Shown piece after piece: positions 50,666 through 62,045 of a stretch of 64,000 nt of DNA. Under the pieces are notes generated by a model. That model saw only the letters and a program-made list of their open reading frames with translations. It ran no database searches and was not told the origin of the DNA. The stretch is from Phycisphaerales bacterium. GTDB lineage: Bacteria; Planctomycetota; Phycisphaerae; WQYP01. The stretch lies in NCBI GenBank assembly GCA_027451365.1, contig DAIDJN010000040.1:1-64000 (forward strand), read 5' to 3'. Each line of letters begins with the position of its first letter. The stretch's first letter is position 1. Both the position numbers and the translations under genes were made by a program.

Positions 50666-51122
50666 GAAGGGATACTCCTGCTTCCGTGCACCCAGATGAC
50701 AAACAAAAACAATGCCTGATTCAAGGCCTTCTTAGGCAAATCCGCACGATTCTTCCTGAATAATGCAGACTCGTGCCGGTCTGCGCGTGCAATTCCAAGG
50801 TCGCATGTCCCGCTTGCCATGGGGTGGTTTGTGCCCCTGATAAGCGGGTGAAAAAAGCCGGCGAAGCCCCGTCCTGCGGATTCGCCAGCGCGACCATCCC
50901 AGGCCGCGCATCCAAATTTCGCAGCCCTTGCGGGAGTGGAATTTGCAAATTGTCAATCCAGTTCATCCGGACCGTCCGGGTTACCCCCGGACCGGCTTTT
51001 CCGGTTTACTGGTTCTTGTTTTCTCGTCCTGCGGACTTTTTGCGGCAAAGCTTTTATTTTGACCGCAAAAATCTGCCTTATTTTCAATCCGCAGCTTTGG
51101 CTGCGGCTCTCTTCCACGCGGG

Positions 51123-51677
51123 TCAGTCAACTTTGGGCAAGGTAAGCCCGGCCTGGTCCTGATATTTCCCTTTTTTGTCCGCATAGCTGATCTTGCAGAC
51201 CTCTTCGCCCCGCAGGAAAATGATCTGGGCGATCCCCTCATTGGCATATATTTTCGCCGGCAGCGGGGTGGTGTTGGAAATTTCGATCGTGATTTTTCCT
51301 TTCCACTCCGGTTCCAGCGGCGTTACATTCACAATAATTCCGCACCGCGCGTAGGTGCTTTTACCCACACAAATGGCCAGTATGTCACGTGGAATTTCAA
51401 AATATTCTACCGTTTCACACAAGGCGAAGCTGTTGGGCGGAATCAGGACAAAGCCCTGAGTTCCGGCGTCCACATCCACAAAACTTCGTGCAGAAAATTT
51501 CTTCGGGTCGACCACTTCGGAATTAACGTTCGTGAAAATTTTGAAGCTTGGCCCCACGCGGACATCATAGCCATAACTGGAAACACCGTAACTAATATGC
51601 CCTGCACGCTTGATTGCGCGTTCAAATGGTTCTATCCGTATCTGTTTTTCAATTTGAGAATCGGCCAGAATGCCCAT
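51123..51677 (-). CDS. dcd: dCTP deaminase
   Basis: [21 protein letters not shown] and EGIAQ. Confidence 0.95.
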   Translation of the reverse strand: MGILADSQIEKQIRIEPFERAIKRAGHISYGVSSYGYDVRVGPSFKIFTNVNSEVVDPKKFSARSFVDVDAGTQGFVLIPPNSFALCETVEYFEIPRDILAICVGKSTYARCGIIVNVTPLEPEWKGKITIEISNTTPLPAKIYANEGIAQIIFLRGEEVCKISYADKKGKYQDQAGLTLPKVD

Positions 51678-51948
51678 GATGCGCCTGCTTTATCGTTGTC
51701 TCAAAACCGGCTGGCCCCGGATGCTTCCCGCTTCCAAAGCGAATGAAACCACCAAAAACCGACCGCGAGTTCGTATTTTGTTAGTGTACCATGCCTCGGC
51801 CAGCGATTCAAGATTTGAACCATAATCCTGAATCGAATCGCCTTCCGAATCACGGACCTCTGGCTTCTTCAGGTCGGCAGTTTTAACAGGCTTTGTTCAG
51901 ATCCTGTTTGCCAACGATGAAGAAGCCAATAAGGTCTTCACTTTTACT

Positions 51949-51976
51949 ACTTTAACACTATCCATTGTGGTGTCAA
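51949..51976 (-). promoter_or_regulatory. Promoter for dcd(-nrdJ) with an NrdR-box-like site filling the spacer
   Basis: Minus strand TTGACA (51976-51971), 16-nt spacer, TAAAGT (51954-51949); spacer ACACTATCCATTGTGG resembles the NrdR consensus acaCwAtATaTwGtg. Confidence 0.6.
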
Positions 51977-52007
51977 CCGAAACGATATCTAAATGTTGAA
52001 TGACAGG

Positions 52008-52016
52008 TTATCCACA
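52008..52016 (+). promoter_or_regulatory. Perfect DnaA box
   Basis: TTATCCACA. Confidence 0.55.
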
Positions 52017-52064
52017 GCTATAACTCATTTTATTCACTAAACTTGTGGTGCTTAAAAAAATATT

Positions 52065-52080
52065 CTACTACATCTTGTGG
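52065..52080. promoter_or_regulatory. Second NrdR-box-like site
   Basis: CTACTACATCTTGTGG; overlaps the direct repeat CTTGTGGTGCTTAAAA (52042, 52074). Confidence 0.55.
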
Positions 52081-52216
52081 TGCTTAAAATTCATCTGTTG
52101 GGAAATATTATAATTCCATATCCAGCCATTCAGGCGGGGGGCTGGCCTTTTTATTCAAATAGGATCAAATATTATCGCCTTGGACGCAATTGGCGCTCTG
52201 AATTACACTGACTTCC

Positions 52217-53362
52217 ATGAAAAATGCCGCCAATCCCACGAAAAATCCAGACATTTCGCATCTGAATCATTCACATTCAGCCTTTCATGATGCGCTTTTG
52301 ACTTGGTTTGATCGCACCGCCCGCCCCATGCCGTGGCGAAAATCGCGGGATCCTTACGCCATCTGGATATCTGAAATAATGCTCCAGCAAACACAAGTAC
52401 AAACTGTAATCCCCTATTTTCTGCGGTTTTTAACGCGATTTCCCAATGTTACATCGCTGGCTGCGGCGCGTTTACAGGAAGTTCTGAAACTCTGGGCCGG
52501 ACTTGGCTATTACCGGCGCGCCAAACAATTGCATCTGGCCGCCAAAATGATTCAGTCCACACATAAGGGCCATTTTCCGCAGGATTTTTTGCAAATTCTG
52601 GCGCTGCCAGGTATTGGCCGCTACACCGCCGGTGCGGTCGGCAGCATCGCCTTCGGCTTGCGCGTGCCGGTGCTGGATGGAAATGTCATGCGCGTTTTTT
52701 CGCGGCTGTTTGCCTTCAAAGAAGATATCGCCCAGTCTGCGGTACAAAAAAAACTCTGGCAAATTGCCGATCAAATGCTGCCCGCATTTCGTGTGGGAGA
52801 CTTTAATCAGGCTTTAATGGAATTGGGTGCGACCGTTTGCAAGCCCGTAGCGCCGGCGTGCGGTATCTGTCCCATTCATCGCTGGTGCCGGGCATACGCG
52901 GAAAACCGTGTGGAAGCCTATCCGCATAAATCGGCGCGCAAAAAAGCGACCATCCTGCAACATGTGTCTCTGGTCATTCATCACAACAGTGAGAAACTGA
53001 TTCTAAAACGGCCTGATGGCGGCCTTTGGGGCGGCCTGTGGGAATTTCCCACCTTTGAAAGCCGTTGTCGGAAGTTTTCATCTGCGGACGCAGTACGCTG
53101 GGTGCTGGAAAATATGGGTCTAAAGGTAAGGGTTCTGGGCGGTGCGGCGCGCGTCCGCCATCAGCTCACGCATCGAACCATGTGCTATCAGGTTTTTCGC
53201 ATGCGCGTGGTTGGTCGCAAATTGACCACCGCTCGCCGCCTCCCATTTTGCGGGCCACACCGCTATGAATCAGCGCGTTGGCTGAAAACGATCGAAGATG
53301 TCCCCATAGGCCGCGTCACCGAAAAAATTGCCGCCGTTGCCGCGGTTGAAAGGAAATCCTGA
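52217..53362 (+). CDS. mutY: A/G-specific adenine glycosylase
   Basis: ISEIMLQQT, WAGLGYYRRA, LPGIGRYTA, DGNV, Fe-S C-x6-C-x2-C-x5-C and GLWEFP. Confidence 0.95.
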   Translation: MKNAANPTKNPDISHLNHSHSAFHDALLTWFDRTARPMPWRKSRDPYAIWISEIMLQQTQVQTVIPYFLRFLTRFPNVTSLAAARLQEVLKLWAGLGYYRRAKQLHLAAKMIQSTHKGHFPQDFLQILALPGIGRYTAGAVGSIAFGLRVPVLDGNVMRVFSRLFAFKEDIAQSAVQKKLWQIADQMLPAFRVGDFNQALMELGATVCKPVAPACGICPIHRWCRAYAENRVEAYPHKSARKKATILQHVSLVIHHNSEKLILKRPDGGLWGGLWEFPTFESRCRKFSSADAVRWVLENMGLKVRVLGGAARVRHQLTHRTMCYQVFRMRVVGRKLTTARRLPFCGPHRYESARWLKTIEDVPIGRVTEKIAAVAAVERKS

Positions 53363-53409
53363 GATCATTCGCGCTGTCGGCAATCACCGTTGCCCTGATT
53401 CCCGCTGCG

Positions 53410-56400
53410 TTATCCAGCGGCGGTGGCCATTTCGCGGCGCGCTCGTGCGGCGGATATTGCCGTCCCAGGACCAGTGCAATGCACGGAAAGCTGCGGGAAT
53501 GCGTCCTGGAGTTCCTGCAATACGGCGGCCGTAGGGTTCACCTTCTGTTTTAAATCCACAAGCACGTGCATCGGTGGATTGTGGGTCTGATCCAGCAATT
53601 TCATTCGTACGCCCACCCGCGGGCCTGGATTCCTGTTCAAAATTTCCGCCAGCCGGTCCACGGCCGATTCGTCAAGTGCGGCCGCCGAACCGCTTACCAT
53701 CACCTCCTGAGCGAGTTTTTCCATCACCTGGGCGGGAGTAAAAAAATCGGCCGCCTGAAAGCTCGGCTCCTCGCGCGAACGGTTCACGCGGCCTCTTACA
53801 AACACAATGGCTTCCGCCTGAAGCAGCGCGGCAAACCGCTGATATTCATTGCCGTACACCAGCACCTTCAGTGTGCCGCGCAGGTCTTCCATAATCAGCG
53901 TCGCCCATTTCTGTCCCGCACTCTGCCCGGTCCGGGCGATGCGCACATCCACCTTGGAAATCAGCCCGCCGATAATTCCTTCCTTCTTGTCCGGGGCGGC
54001 CAGCATACTTTGGCTGTCCAGCGTGCTGAAGTGCGGCAATATCTGGTCCACACTGCGCAGCGGATGGCTTGTGACATAAAAACCTAAAACCGCTTTTTCC
54101 TGAGACATCTTTTCACTTTGCGACCATTCGGCGACCGTCGGCAGCTTATATTCCGCCGCCGCTGTGCCCGGCGAACCACCACCCCCGCCCCCAAACAGAC
54201 TTTCCTGTCCGGCTCGCCTTGCGTCCTGGGCCGCCGAACCATTGCCTACCGCATGTTCCACCGCGGCAAACGCCGCCGAACGCACCGGGTGCACACAGTC
54301 AAACGCCCCGCATTTGATCAGGGCTTCAAGCACTGACTTATTCACTGACCGCAAATCCACGCGTTCACAGAAATCATAGAGGCTGGTAAACGGCTTGTGG
54401 ATTCCCGCTGCATCCTGGCGGGCGGCAATCACGGCCTGTACGGCTTTCTCACCCACACCTTTTACCGCCGCAAGACCGAACCGGATCGTTCCCTGTACCA
54501 CACCGAAATCAGCAATGCTGCTGTTGACATCCGGCGGCAGAATGGGAATTCCGACCCGCCCGTCAGGGCGCATAATATATCGACATTCTTCAATATATTC
54601 GATGGTTTTGCTCTGATCTCCCATTTCAAAGGTCAGCAGTGCGGCCATATACTGGAGCGGGAAATAGGTTTTCAGGTACGCGGTCTGAAACGCCACCAGT
54701 GCATAGCGCGTCGAATGGCTCTTGTTAAAACCGTATCCGCCGAATTTTTCGATCAGGGCAAAAATGTCCTCCGACTGTTCGGCCCTGATCCCGTTTTCCT
54801 GCGCCCCTTTGACAAACGTCTGCTTTTCGGCTGCGATCACGTCGACCTGTTTCTTGCTGATAGCCTTGATAATTTTGTAGGCCTTGGCCAGCGGAATATT
54901 GCCCAACTGGTTGAATATGCGCATCACCTGTTCCTGATACACCATGATGCCATAGGTTTCGGCCAGCAGGCGGTCAATGATCGGATGGACCTGGGGCACT
55001 TTCTGGCGGCCATGCTTGCGGTCGCAATAATCGGGAATCAGGTCCATGGGGCCGGGACGGTACAGGGCGTTGGCGGCAATGAGGTCTTCAATACGGTCGG
55101 GCTTCATGCGAATCAGCAGTTCACGCATGCCGGGAGATTCAAATTGAAACACGCCCTTGGTCTGGCCCTTCTGGAATATCTGCCGGAAGACCTTCTGGTC
55201 GGCCAGGTCGACTTTTTCCAGATCAATTCGGCCTGGCCGGCCTGCCACCGCGGGGTGCAAAATTTCCGTTACGTTGCCATCCTGGGCCGTTATTTTCAGT
55301 GGCGGCGGCCCCTGCGGGTAATCTTTTTCAATCAGGTCCAGCGCCCGTTCCACTATAGTCAGCGTTCGCAAACCCAGAAAGTCCATTTTCAACAGGCCGG
55401 CTTTTTCACAAGTCGGGCCATCCCACTGGGTCATAATGTCATCGCCGTTTTTATACAGCGGAACTATTTCATCAATCGGTTTGTCGCACACAATAACGCC
55501 CGCGGCGTGCATGCCCGCGTTGCGGCAAAGGCCTTCGAGCCGGCGGGCGACATCAAACAGACGCGTCACATTCGGGTCTTCGCGATAAAGCTTTTTCAGA
55601 TCTGCCACACCCATAGCGCTTTCCAGCGTCACGTTGGGGCCGCCGGGAATAAGCTTCGTAATTTTGTCCACTTCCGGCAGCGGCATGCCGAGCACACGGC
55701 CGACATCTTTAATCGCGGCCTTCGCCCCCAAGGTGGAAAAAGTGATAATCTGCGAGACATTTCCATATTTCTGCCGCACATATTCAATCACTCTGCCGCG
55801 GCCTTCCTGGCAGATGTCAATATCAATATCGGGCATTTCCGACCGGCTGGGATCCATGAAGCGTTCAAACAAAAGGTCATAGCGGATCGGATCCACATTG
55901 CAAAGCCCCAGCGCATAACCGACCAGAGTTCCAACCCCCGACCCTCTGGCACCGACCGGTATGCCGTTCTGCCTGGCGAAATTGCAGAAGTCCCAGACAA
56001 TCAGAAAGTAGCTGGAAAATCCTTTGTCGCTGATAACCTTTATTTCCTGTTCCAGCCGCTGGCGCAGAACCTCATTGAATTCGCCATACCGTTCCTTCAC
56101 TCCCGTTTCGCACAGGCGTCGCAGAAATTCATCGGCCGTCGGCTGATGGCCGGTGGCGGCATCTTTCGGCGGCACATACACCGGCGCATGGCGTTTGGAA
56201 AAGTCCAGGGTCAGGTCGCACATTTCCGCGATTTTGAGAGTGTTGTCGCATGCCTGCGGAATGTCGCGGAAAATATGCCGCATTTCCTGCGGACTTTTCA
56301 GATACAATTGTCGCGAATAATGAAGGCGGTTTTCATCGGCGAGCGTCTTGCCCATGGAAATGCAGCAAAGCACGTCATGGGCTTCGTAATCTTCCTTCAG

Positions 56401-57051
56401 CAGATAATGATGATCATTGGTTGCCACCACCTGGCAACCGGCCCGTTTGGCCACCTCCAGCAGTTGCGGAATCTGTTCTATTTGGGCTGGATCATCATGG
56501 TTCTGCAATTCCACAAAAAAGCGGTCGCCGAAAATATCCTTGTATTGGCCCGCAACCGCCACCGCGGCCGCCATGTCGCCGCGTGTCAGGCAGGCGGCGA
56601 TTTCAGTTCCGAAATGGCCATTAATAACAATCAAGCCCTCACCAAACCGCGCCAGCGCTTCTTTGTCCACGCGCGGCCGGTAGTAAAACCCTTCCAGATA
56701 GGCCAGGCTCGCCAGCTTCAGCATGTTTTTATAACCGGCCTGATCCTTGGCCAGCACGACCAGGTGATACGCCGCCTCGCTTATGCCGTGGGCTTCCTTG
56801 TCAAACCGGGAACCGGGTGCGACATAAAATTCACATCCGATCAGCGGTTTGATACCGACCTTTTTTGCCTGCTGATAAAATTCCACCAGTCCAAACAAAT
56901 TGCCATGATCGGTCAGTGCAAGTGCCGGCATGCCCATCTCAGCCGCTTTGCCGCACAGGCCGTCAATGGTGGCTCCGCCATCCAGGAGTGAATAATGCGA
57001 ATGCCCATGCAGATGAACAAACGAATCGTGGGGGGAAAGGGTTGCAGCCAT
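53410..57051 (-). CDS. dnaE: DNA polymerase III alpha subunit
   Basis: PHP domain HSHYSLLDG and TDHGN; RGSG, PDIDID, KMDFLGL, GFNKSH; C-terminal OB fold. Confidence 0.97.
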   Translation of the reverse strand: MAATLSPHDSFVHLHGHSHYSLLDGGATIDGLCGKAAEMGMPALALTDHGNLFGLVEFYQQAKKVGIKPLIGCEFYVAPGSRFDKEAHGISEAAYHLVVLAKDQAGYKNMLKLASLAYLEGFYYRPRVDKEALARFGEGLIVINGHFGTEIAACLTRGDMAAAVAVAGQYKDIFGDRFFVELQNHDDPAQIEQIPQLLEVAKRAGCQVVATNDHHYLLKEDYEAHDVLCCISMGKTLADENRLHYSRQLYLKSPQEMRHIFRDIPQACDNTLKIAEMCDLTLDFSKRHAPVYVPPKDAATGHQPTADEFLRRLCETGVKERYGEFNEVLRQRLEQEIKVISDKGFSSYFLIVWDFCNFARQNGIPVGARGSGVGTLVGYALGLCNVDPIRYDLLFERFMDPSRSEMPDIDIDICQEGRGRVIEYVRQKYGNVSQIITFSTLGAKAAIKDVGRVLGMPLPEVDKITKLIPGGPNVTLESAMGVADLKKLYREDPNVTRLFDVARRLEGLCRNAGMHAAGVIVCDKPIDEIVPLYKNGDDIMTQWDGPTCEKAGLLKMDFLGLRTLTIVERALDLIEKDYPQGPPPLKITAQDGNVTEILHPAVAGRPGRIDLEKVDLADQKVFRQIFQKGQTKGVFQFESPGMRELLIRMKPDRIEDLIAANALYRPGPMDLIPDYCDRKHGRQKVPQVHPIIDRLLAETYGIMVYQEQVMRIFNQLGNIPLAKAYKIIKAISKKQVDVIAAEKQTFVKGAQENGIRAEQSEDIFALIEKFGGYGFNKSHSTRYALVAFQTAYLKTYFPLQYMAALLTFEMGDQSKTIEYIEECRYIMRPDGRVGIPILPPDVNSSIADFGVVQGTIRFGLAAVKGVGEKAVQAVIAARQDAAGIHKPFTSLYDFCERVDLRSVNKSVLEALIKCGAFDCVHPVRSAAFAAVEHAVGNGSAAQDARRAGQESLFGGGGGGSPGTAAAEYKLPTVAEWSQSEKMSQEKAVLGFYVTSHPLRSVDQILPHFSTLDSQSMLAAPDKKEGIIGGLISKVDVRIARTGQSAGQKWATLIMEDLRGTLKVLVYGNEYQRFAALLQAEAIVFVRGRVNRSREEPSFQAADFFTPAQVMEKLAQEVMVSGSAAALDESAVDRLAEILNRNPGPRVGVRMKLLDQTHNPPMHVLVDLKQKVNPTAAVLQELQDAFPQLSVHCTGPGTAISAARARREMATAAG

Positions 57052-57378
57052 GGGAAGCCTCCGTGCAATAAGCCGGTGCGGACGCACGATGATTCACATT
57101 CCATGCCAGCGAAAAACATGACCGCCGACCGGACCAACTCAACTCCGGATTTTAACACTTTCGGGCCGCCGGGGAAAATCGTTGCCCATATTCGGTAAAG
57201 CGCGGGGAAAAGGGGACAAAGTGCCCACCGTCGGCAACAAATTCGGGGGCCAGCATCCTGTCCGTATTGTGATGTGGCGCGGGCGTCCGACGTACCGTAT
57301 CCGTTGCCGCCGTGGCCATCCGGCCGGGGCGCAGCGTCCCTCCAAAAAATGCCCGCGACGTGCGCAATTTGGCAGCTC

Positions 57379-60300
57379 TTACACGCTGACCGGCTGCATT
57401 TTGCCGGATTTGGCCAGGGCGTAATATTCCTGAATGCTGCGAACGGTCCAATCTGATTTCTGCAAGGTCACAATTGCTTCGGCAGCGGCGTCGGCGCCGG
57501 TGACAGTGGTAATAATGGGGATTTTGTTCATGACGGCCGCCGCGCGAATTTTGCCTTCATCCGTCTTCGGGCCTTTGGTTGTCGGCGTGTTGATTAGCAG
57601 TTGAATCTGTTTGTTTTTAATGGCATCAATAATATTCGGCCGCCCTTCCTGAATTTTATTAATGCGTTCACATTTCACACCCGCGGCAGTCAGCGCTTTG
57701 TAAGTGCCGCCAGTGCAGACCAGTGTAAAACCGCATTGCGCCAGCTTGCGGGCCGGTTCAATAATGGCCAGTTTGTCGGCATCGCGCACCGATACATACA
57801 CGACACCGGAAAGCGGCAGGGCACCGCCCGCGGCCATTTGAGATTTTGCATAAGCCACAGGAAAGCTGGTATCAATTCCCATCACTTCGCCGGTGGAGCG
57901 CATTTCAGGGCCAAGAATGACATCTACTCCGGGGAATTTACTGAATGGAAATACGCTTTCCTTTACGGCCACATGTCCCTGTGGAATAACTTCATGGCTG
58001 ATGCCCAGGTGGGTCAGGGATTGCCCACACATGACCTTGGCGGCAATTTTAGCCCATGGAACCCCAGTGGCCTTGCTGACAAACGGCACCGTGCGGCTGG
58101 CGCGGGGGTTTACCTCCAGGACATACACCTGGCTGTCCTTGATGGCAAACTGAACGTTCATCAGACCGCGCACTTTCAGTGCCGCGGCCAGGGACAGCGT
58201 ATGGGCACGGATTTCGGCCACAATTTCCGGCGGCAGTGAAAACGGCGGCAGCGAACAGGCTGAATCGCCGGAGTGAATCCCGGCTTCCTCAATATGTTCC
58301 ATCACGCCGATCACCAGATATTTTTCGCCATCACCAATGGCGTCCACATCCACTTCAGTTGCATCGCCAAGGAAACGGTCGATCAAAACCGGATGTTCAT
58401 CCGCCACTTCCACCGCATGTTTGATGTAATAATCCAACTGCGTTTCATCGGACACAATTTCCATGGCCCGGCCGCCCAGCACAAAGGACGGCCGCACCAG
58501 CACCGGGTAGCCGATGGCGGCCGCAGCAAGGCGAGCCTCGGCGGCGCTGCGGGCAATTCCACCTTCCGGTTGTCTTAAGCCGAGTTGCTTGATGAGTTTA
58601 TTGAATTTGTCACGGTCTTCCGCGGCCTCAATGGATTCGACTGCGGTTCCAATAATCGGCACGCCGGCATCCTTGAGGCCGCGGGCCAGGTTCAGCGGCG
58701 TCTGGCCGCCAAACTGCACGATCACGCCCTCCACCAGGCCACCGGGTTGGCTTAAAGGTCGGCCATTCAGACGTTCGACAATATTCAACACATCTTCATG
58801 GGTAAGGGGTTCGAAGAAAAGCAGATCCGAGGTGTCGTAATCCGTGCTGACGGTTTCCGGATTGGAATTCACCATCACGCTTTCCAGGCCCAGATCGCGA
58901 CAGGCGAAGGCGGCCTGCACGCAGCAATAGTCAAATTCAATGCCCTGGCCTATGCGGTTGGGGCCACCGCCCAGAATCACGATTTTTTTCCGGTCGCTGA
59001 CGCGTACTTCATCATCCATGTGGGAAGTCGGGCCGGTGGAGGGGTATTGGTGGATGGGGCTTTCATAGGTGGAATAATAGTAGGGGGTGGCCGCTTCAAA
59101 TTCCGCCGCGCAGGTATCCACCAGTTTGTAAACGGGCTGAATATTCAGTTCGCGCCGAATGGCCCGCACCTGCGCTGGTTTCATATCCCAGGCCATGCCC
59201 AACTGCACGTCCGAATAGCCCAATTGCTTGGCCTGGCGCAGCAGGGCTGAAAGATGTTCACCTTCGGCACCGGCCGGTCTGTCCTGGGCGGCGCGGGCCG
59301 CCAGTTTTCGCCCACTTATTATTTTATCTTCAAAATCAACGAGTTCGCGAATCTGTTCAATGAACCAGCGGTCAATATTGGTCAACTGACAAACGCGTTC
59401 CACGGAAAAACCCATTTTCAGGGCATAGCGAATGTAATACATGCGTCCCTGCGAAGGCACGGAAAGTTTGCGGATCAGACGGTCTTCGGCGATGGGCCAT
59501 GTATGCGCGGCCTGTTCCATCGCGGCAGCACGCGTCACAAATGAACCCCGGTCGCCCAGCGTCTGCTGCGGCTTGTGGCCGATGGCCGCTTCATGTTCGG
59601 CCAGTTCAGCCCGCTGCCAGCGCCACCATTTGTCAATGCGGTCCAGGCCCAGGCCAAACCGCTTCACTTCCATGCTGCGCAGGCCTTTTTGCAGGGCTTC
59701 CTTGAAGGTGCGGCCGATGCTCATGGCTTCGCCGACGCTTTTCATCTGGGTGGTCAGGGTTTCATCGGCATCGGGGAATTTTTCAAATGTCCAGCGCGGA
59801 ATTTTTACCACAACGTAATCAATGGAAGGTTCAAAACAGGCCACCGTGCGGCGGGTAATGTCATTGGGCAGCTCATCCAGTGTGTAGCCAACCGCGAGTT
59901 TTGCGGCAATGCGGGCAATGGGAAATCCGGTCGCCTTGCTGGCCAGTGCGGAAGATCGCGACACGCGCGGGTTCATTTCAATCACCACCATGTCGCCATT
60001 GGCCGGATCAATTGCGAACTGAATATTTGAGCCGCCCGTTTCCACGCCGATGGCGCGGATAATGGCAATTGATGCGTCACGCATCCGCTGATATTCCTTG
60101 TCCGTCAGTGTCTGGGCCGGAGCAACGGTAATGGAGTCTCCGGTGTGAACGCCCATGGGATCAAAATTTTCAATTGCGCATACAATCACCACGTTGTCGG
60201 CACGGTCGCGCATGACCTCCAGTTCATATTCCTTCCAGCCGATCAGTGACTGGTCAATCTGAATTTCGCTGATCATGGAGGCATCCAGCCCGCGCTGAGC

Positions 60301-60873
60301 GATGGTTTCAAATTCTTCCATGTTGTAGGCAATGCCCGAGCCGGTGCCCCCCAGCGTGAATGATGCCCGGATAATGCACGGCAGGCCGGTCTGCGCGAGA
60401 ACCGCGCGGGCCTCATCCATGGTGTAGGCCAGCCCGCTGTTGGGAACCTTCAGGCCAATGTCTTCAATAATTTTCTTGAACTGTTTGCGGTCTTCGCCCC
60501 GGTGAATCGCATCGCGGGTGGCGCCAATCATTCTGACGCCATACTTTTTCAGTACTCCGGCTTCCGCCAGAGCCACCGACGTGTTCAAGCCGGTCTGGCC
60601 GCCAAGTGTGGGCAGCAGGGCATCCGGGCGTTCGCGTTCAATAATTTTGGTAACCGCCTCGACGGTAATCGGTTCAATGTAGGTCCGGTCCGCCATGTCC
60701 GGATCGGTCATAATGGTGGCCGGATTGGAATTGACCAGAATCACCCGGTAGCCCTCTTCACGCAGCGCTTTGCAGGCCTGCGTGCCGGAGTAGTCAAATT
60801 CGCATCCCTGACCTATGACAATAGGGCCGGAACCGATGATAAGAATGCTTTTGATGTCTGTCCGCTTGGGCAT
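57379..60873 (-). CDS. carB: Carbamoyl-phosphate synthase large subunit
   Basis: [52 protein letters not shown] domain. Confidence 0.97.
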   Translation of the reverse strand: MPKRTDIKSILIIGSGPIVIGQGCEFDYSGTQACKALREEGYRVILVNSNPATIMTDPDMADRTYIEPITVEAVTKIIERERPDALLPTLGGQTGLNTSVALAEAGVLKKYGVRMIGATRDAIHRGEDRKQFKKIIEDIGLKVPNSGLAYTMDEARAVLAQTGLPCIIRASFTLGGTGSGIAYNMEEFETIAQRGLDASMISEIQIDQSLIGWKEYELEVMRDRADNVVIVCAIENFDPMGVHTGDSITVAPAQTLTDKEYQRMRDASIAIIRAIGVETGGSNIQFAIDPANGDMVVIEMNPRVSRSSALASKATGFPIARIAAKLAVGYTLDELPNDITRRTVACFEPSIDYVVVKIPRWTFEKFPDADETLTTQMKSVGEAMSIGRTFKEALQKGLRSMEVKRFGLGLDRIDKWWRWQRAELAEHEAAIGHKPQQTLGDRGSFVTRAAAMEQAAHTWPIAEDRLIRKLSVPSQGRMYYIRYALKMGFSVERVCQLTNIDRWFIEQIRELVDFEDKIISGRKLAARAAQDRPAGAEGEHLSALLRQAKQLGYSDVQLGMAWDMKPAQVRAIRRELNIQPVYKLVDTCAAEFEAATPYYYSTYESPIHQYPSTGPTSHMDDEVRVSDRKKIVILGGGPNRIGQGIEFDYCCVQAAFACRDLGLESVMVNSNPETVSTDYDTSDLLFFEPLTHEDVLNIVERLNGRPLSQPGGLVEGVIVQFGGQTPLNLARGLKDAGVPIIGTAVESIEAAEDRDKFNKLIKQLGLRQPEGGIARSAAEARLAAAAIGYPVLVRPSFVLGGRAMEIVSDETQLDYYIKHAVEVADEHPVLIDRFLGDATEVDVDAIGDGEKYLVIGVMEHIEEAGIHSGDSACSLPPFSLPPEIVAEIRAHTLSLAAALKVRGLMNVQFAIKDSQVYVLEVNPRASRTVPFVSKATGVPWAKIAAKVMCGQSLTHLGISHEVIPQGHVAVKESVFPFSKFPGVDVILGPEMRSTGEVMGIDTSFPVAYAKSQMAAGGALPLSGVVYVSVRDADKLAIIEPARKLAQCGFTLVCTGGTYKALTAAGVKCERINKIQEGRPNIIDAIKNKQIQLLINTPTTKGPKTDEGKIRAAAVMNKIPIITTVTGADAAAEAIVTLQKSDWTVRSIQEYYALAKSGKMQPVSV

Positions 60874-61222
60874 GAAATTCAACCTTTTTCCGTCATATCA
60901 GCCACGCTGATTATAAGTCTGTTTTTTATCACAAAATGGCCCGGTGCGAAAGCCCGGATGGATTATTTTCCCCAATTGACAGGTGGCGCGGATTCCCAGC
61001 CGGACCGCATCGGCGAACGACCGGCCTTTGTGTCGGGAATCTGGTGAGGGCTGCCGACCGGTTGCATTTCGCCCTTCATGGGGCGTGCGCGTGCGTCTCG
61101 GCCGGCACCATAGCCTTGCTCGGGTACGCGCCCGATCCGTCGCACGCTTGACGGGGCGGCCTGTACTGCGGTAAAACCCATCCACACGGCCAAATGGACA
61201 TTCTTTCTGCGCGAGGTATCAA

Positions 61223-62038
61223 ATGGTGGATCAGGCAATCATCGCGTGCCATTGGTGCGGCAGCCAAAGCCCCGCAGGCACACTTAACTGTCGCAGTTGC
61301 GGTGCCCCGCTGGATGCCCGCAATGTCGTCAGCGATTCCGGTTGGGCCGCAGCACCGCGCATCCGGGATATGGTCAAAATTGAATTCGGTCAAAGCACCT
61401 GCCAGGTGGAAGGTCAGATGGTGCCGGTGGCGGACATTCAACTGGCCGCCGGCGATGCGGTTATTTTTGAACACCATGTCATGCTGTGGAAAGATGACAG
61501 CGTTCCAGTGGCCAACATCGCACTTTCAGGCGGTATCCAACGGATACTTGGCGGCATGCCGTTTTGTATTACCCAGGCCACCGGGCCGGGGCACATCGCT
61601 TTTTCTCGTGATGCTTCGGGTGAACTGGTCGTGCTGCCGCTGCATCCGGGCATGGAAATTGATGTCCGCGAACATGCGTTTGTGCTGGCTTCCCACCACA
61701 TTGAATATTCATTTGTCCGCATTAAGGGGCTGGCGAATATTTTCTTCGGCGGTGAAGGCATGTTCATGGACCGTTTCGTTACCCGCGGTCAGCCGGGCCT
61801 GCTGATTCTGCATGGCTACGGCAATGTATTTCAGCGCACGCTTAAGCCGGGGGAAAGCATTCTGCTGGAACCGGGCGGATTTTTGTATAAAGATTCTTCC
61901 GTGAAAATGGATGTGGAATTCCAGAAGATTGGCGGCTCGTTCCTGGGCGGCAAAATGATGGCCATGGCACGGGTTACCGGGCCGGGCCGCGTTGGAATGC
62001 AGTCCATGTATCACCATCCGCACCACGAGAAAAAGTGA
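61223..62038 (+). CDS. AIM24 family protein with N-terminal zinc ribbon
   Basis: CHWC...CRSC; GPGHIAF, VREHAF, G..ILHGYGNVF and GPGRVGMQS. Confidence 0.8.
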   Translation: MVDQAIIACHWCGSQSPAGTLNCRSCGAPLDARNVVSDSGWAAAPRIRDMVKIEFGQSTCQVEGQMVPVADIQLAAGDAVIFEHHVMLWKDDSVPVANIALSGGIQRILGGMPFCITQATGPGHIAFSRDASGELVVLPLHPGMEIDVREHAFVLASHHIEYSFVRIKGLANIFFGGEGMFMDRFVTRGQPGLLILHGYGNVFQRTLKPGESILLEPGGFLYKDSSVKMDVEFQKIGGSFLGGKMMAMARVTGPGRVGMQSMYHHPHHEKK

Positions 62039-62045
62039 GCAGACC

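Noticed and set aside
49775..50719. 314-aa ORF antisense to nrdJ, and similar shadows over GH28, acnA, PMM and carB
   Set aside because: Overlap well-supported opposite-strand genes; explained by codon bias
50666..51122. Cobalamin riboswitch upstream of nrdJ
   Set aside because: No B12-box pattern recognised; only generic GC hairpins
51940..52200. Replication origin
   Set aside because: Only one clear DnaA box and no dnaA/dnaN context; more consistent with promoter regulation
55230..55320. Possible intein in the dnaE insertion (also checked nrdJ and carB insertions)
   Set aside because: Insertions are short and lack C/S...HN splice motifs
54397..56991. 864-aa ORF antisense to dnaE
   Set aside because: Shadow ORF of a long GC-rich gene; no recognisable motifs
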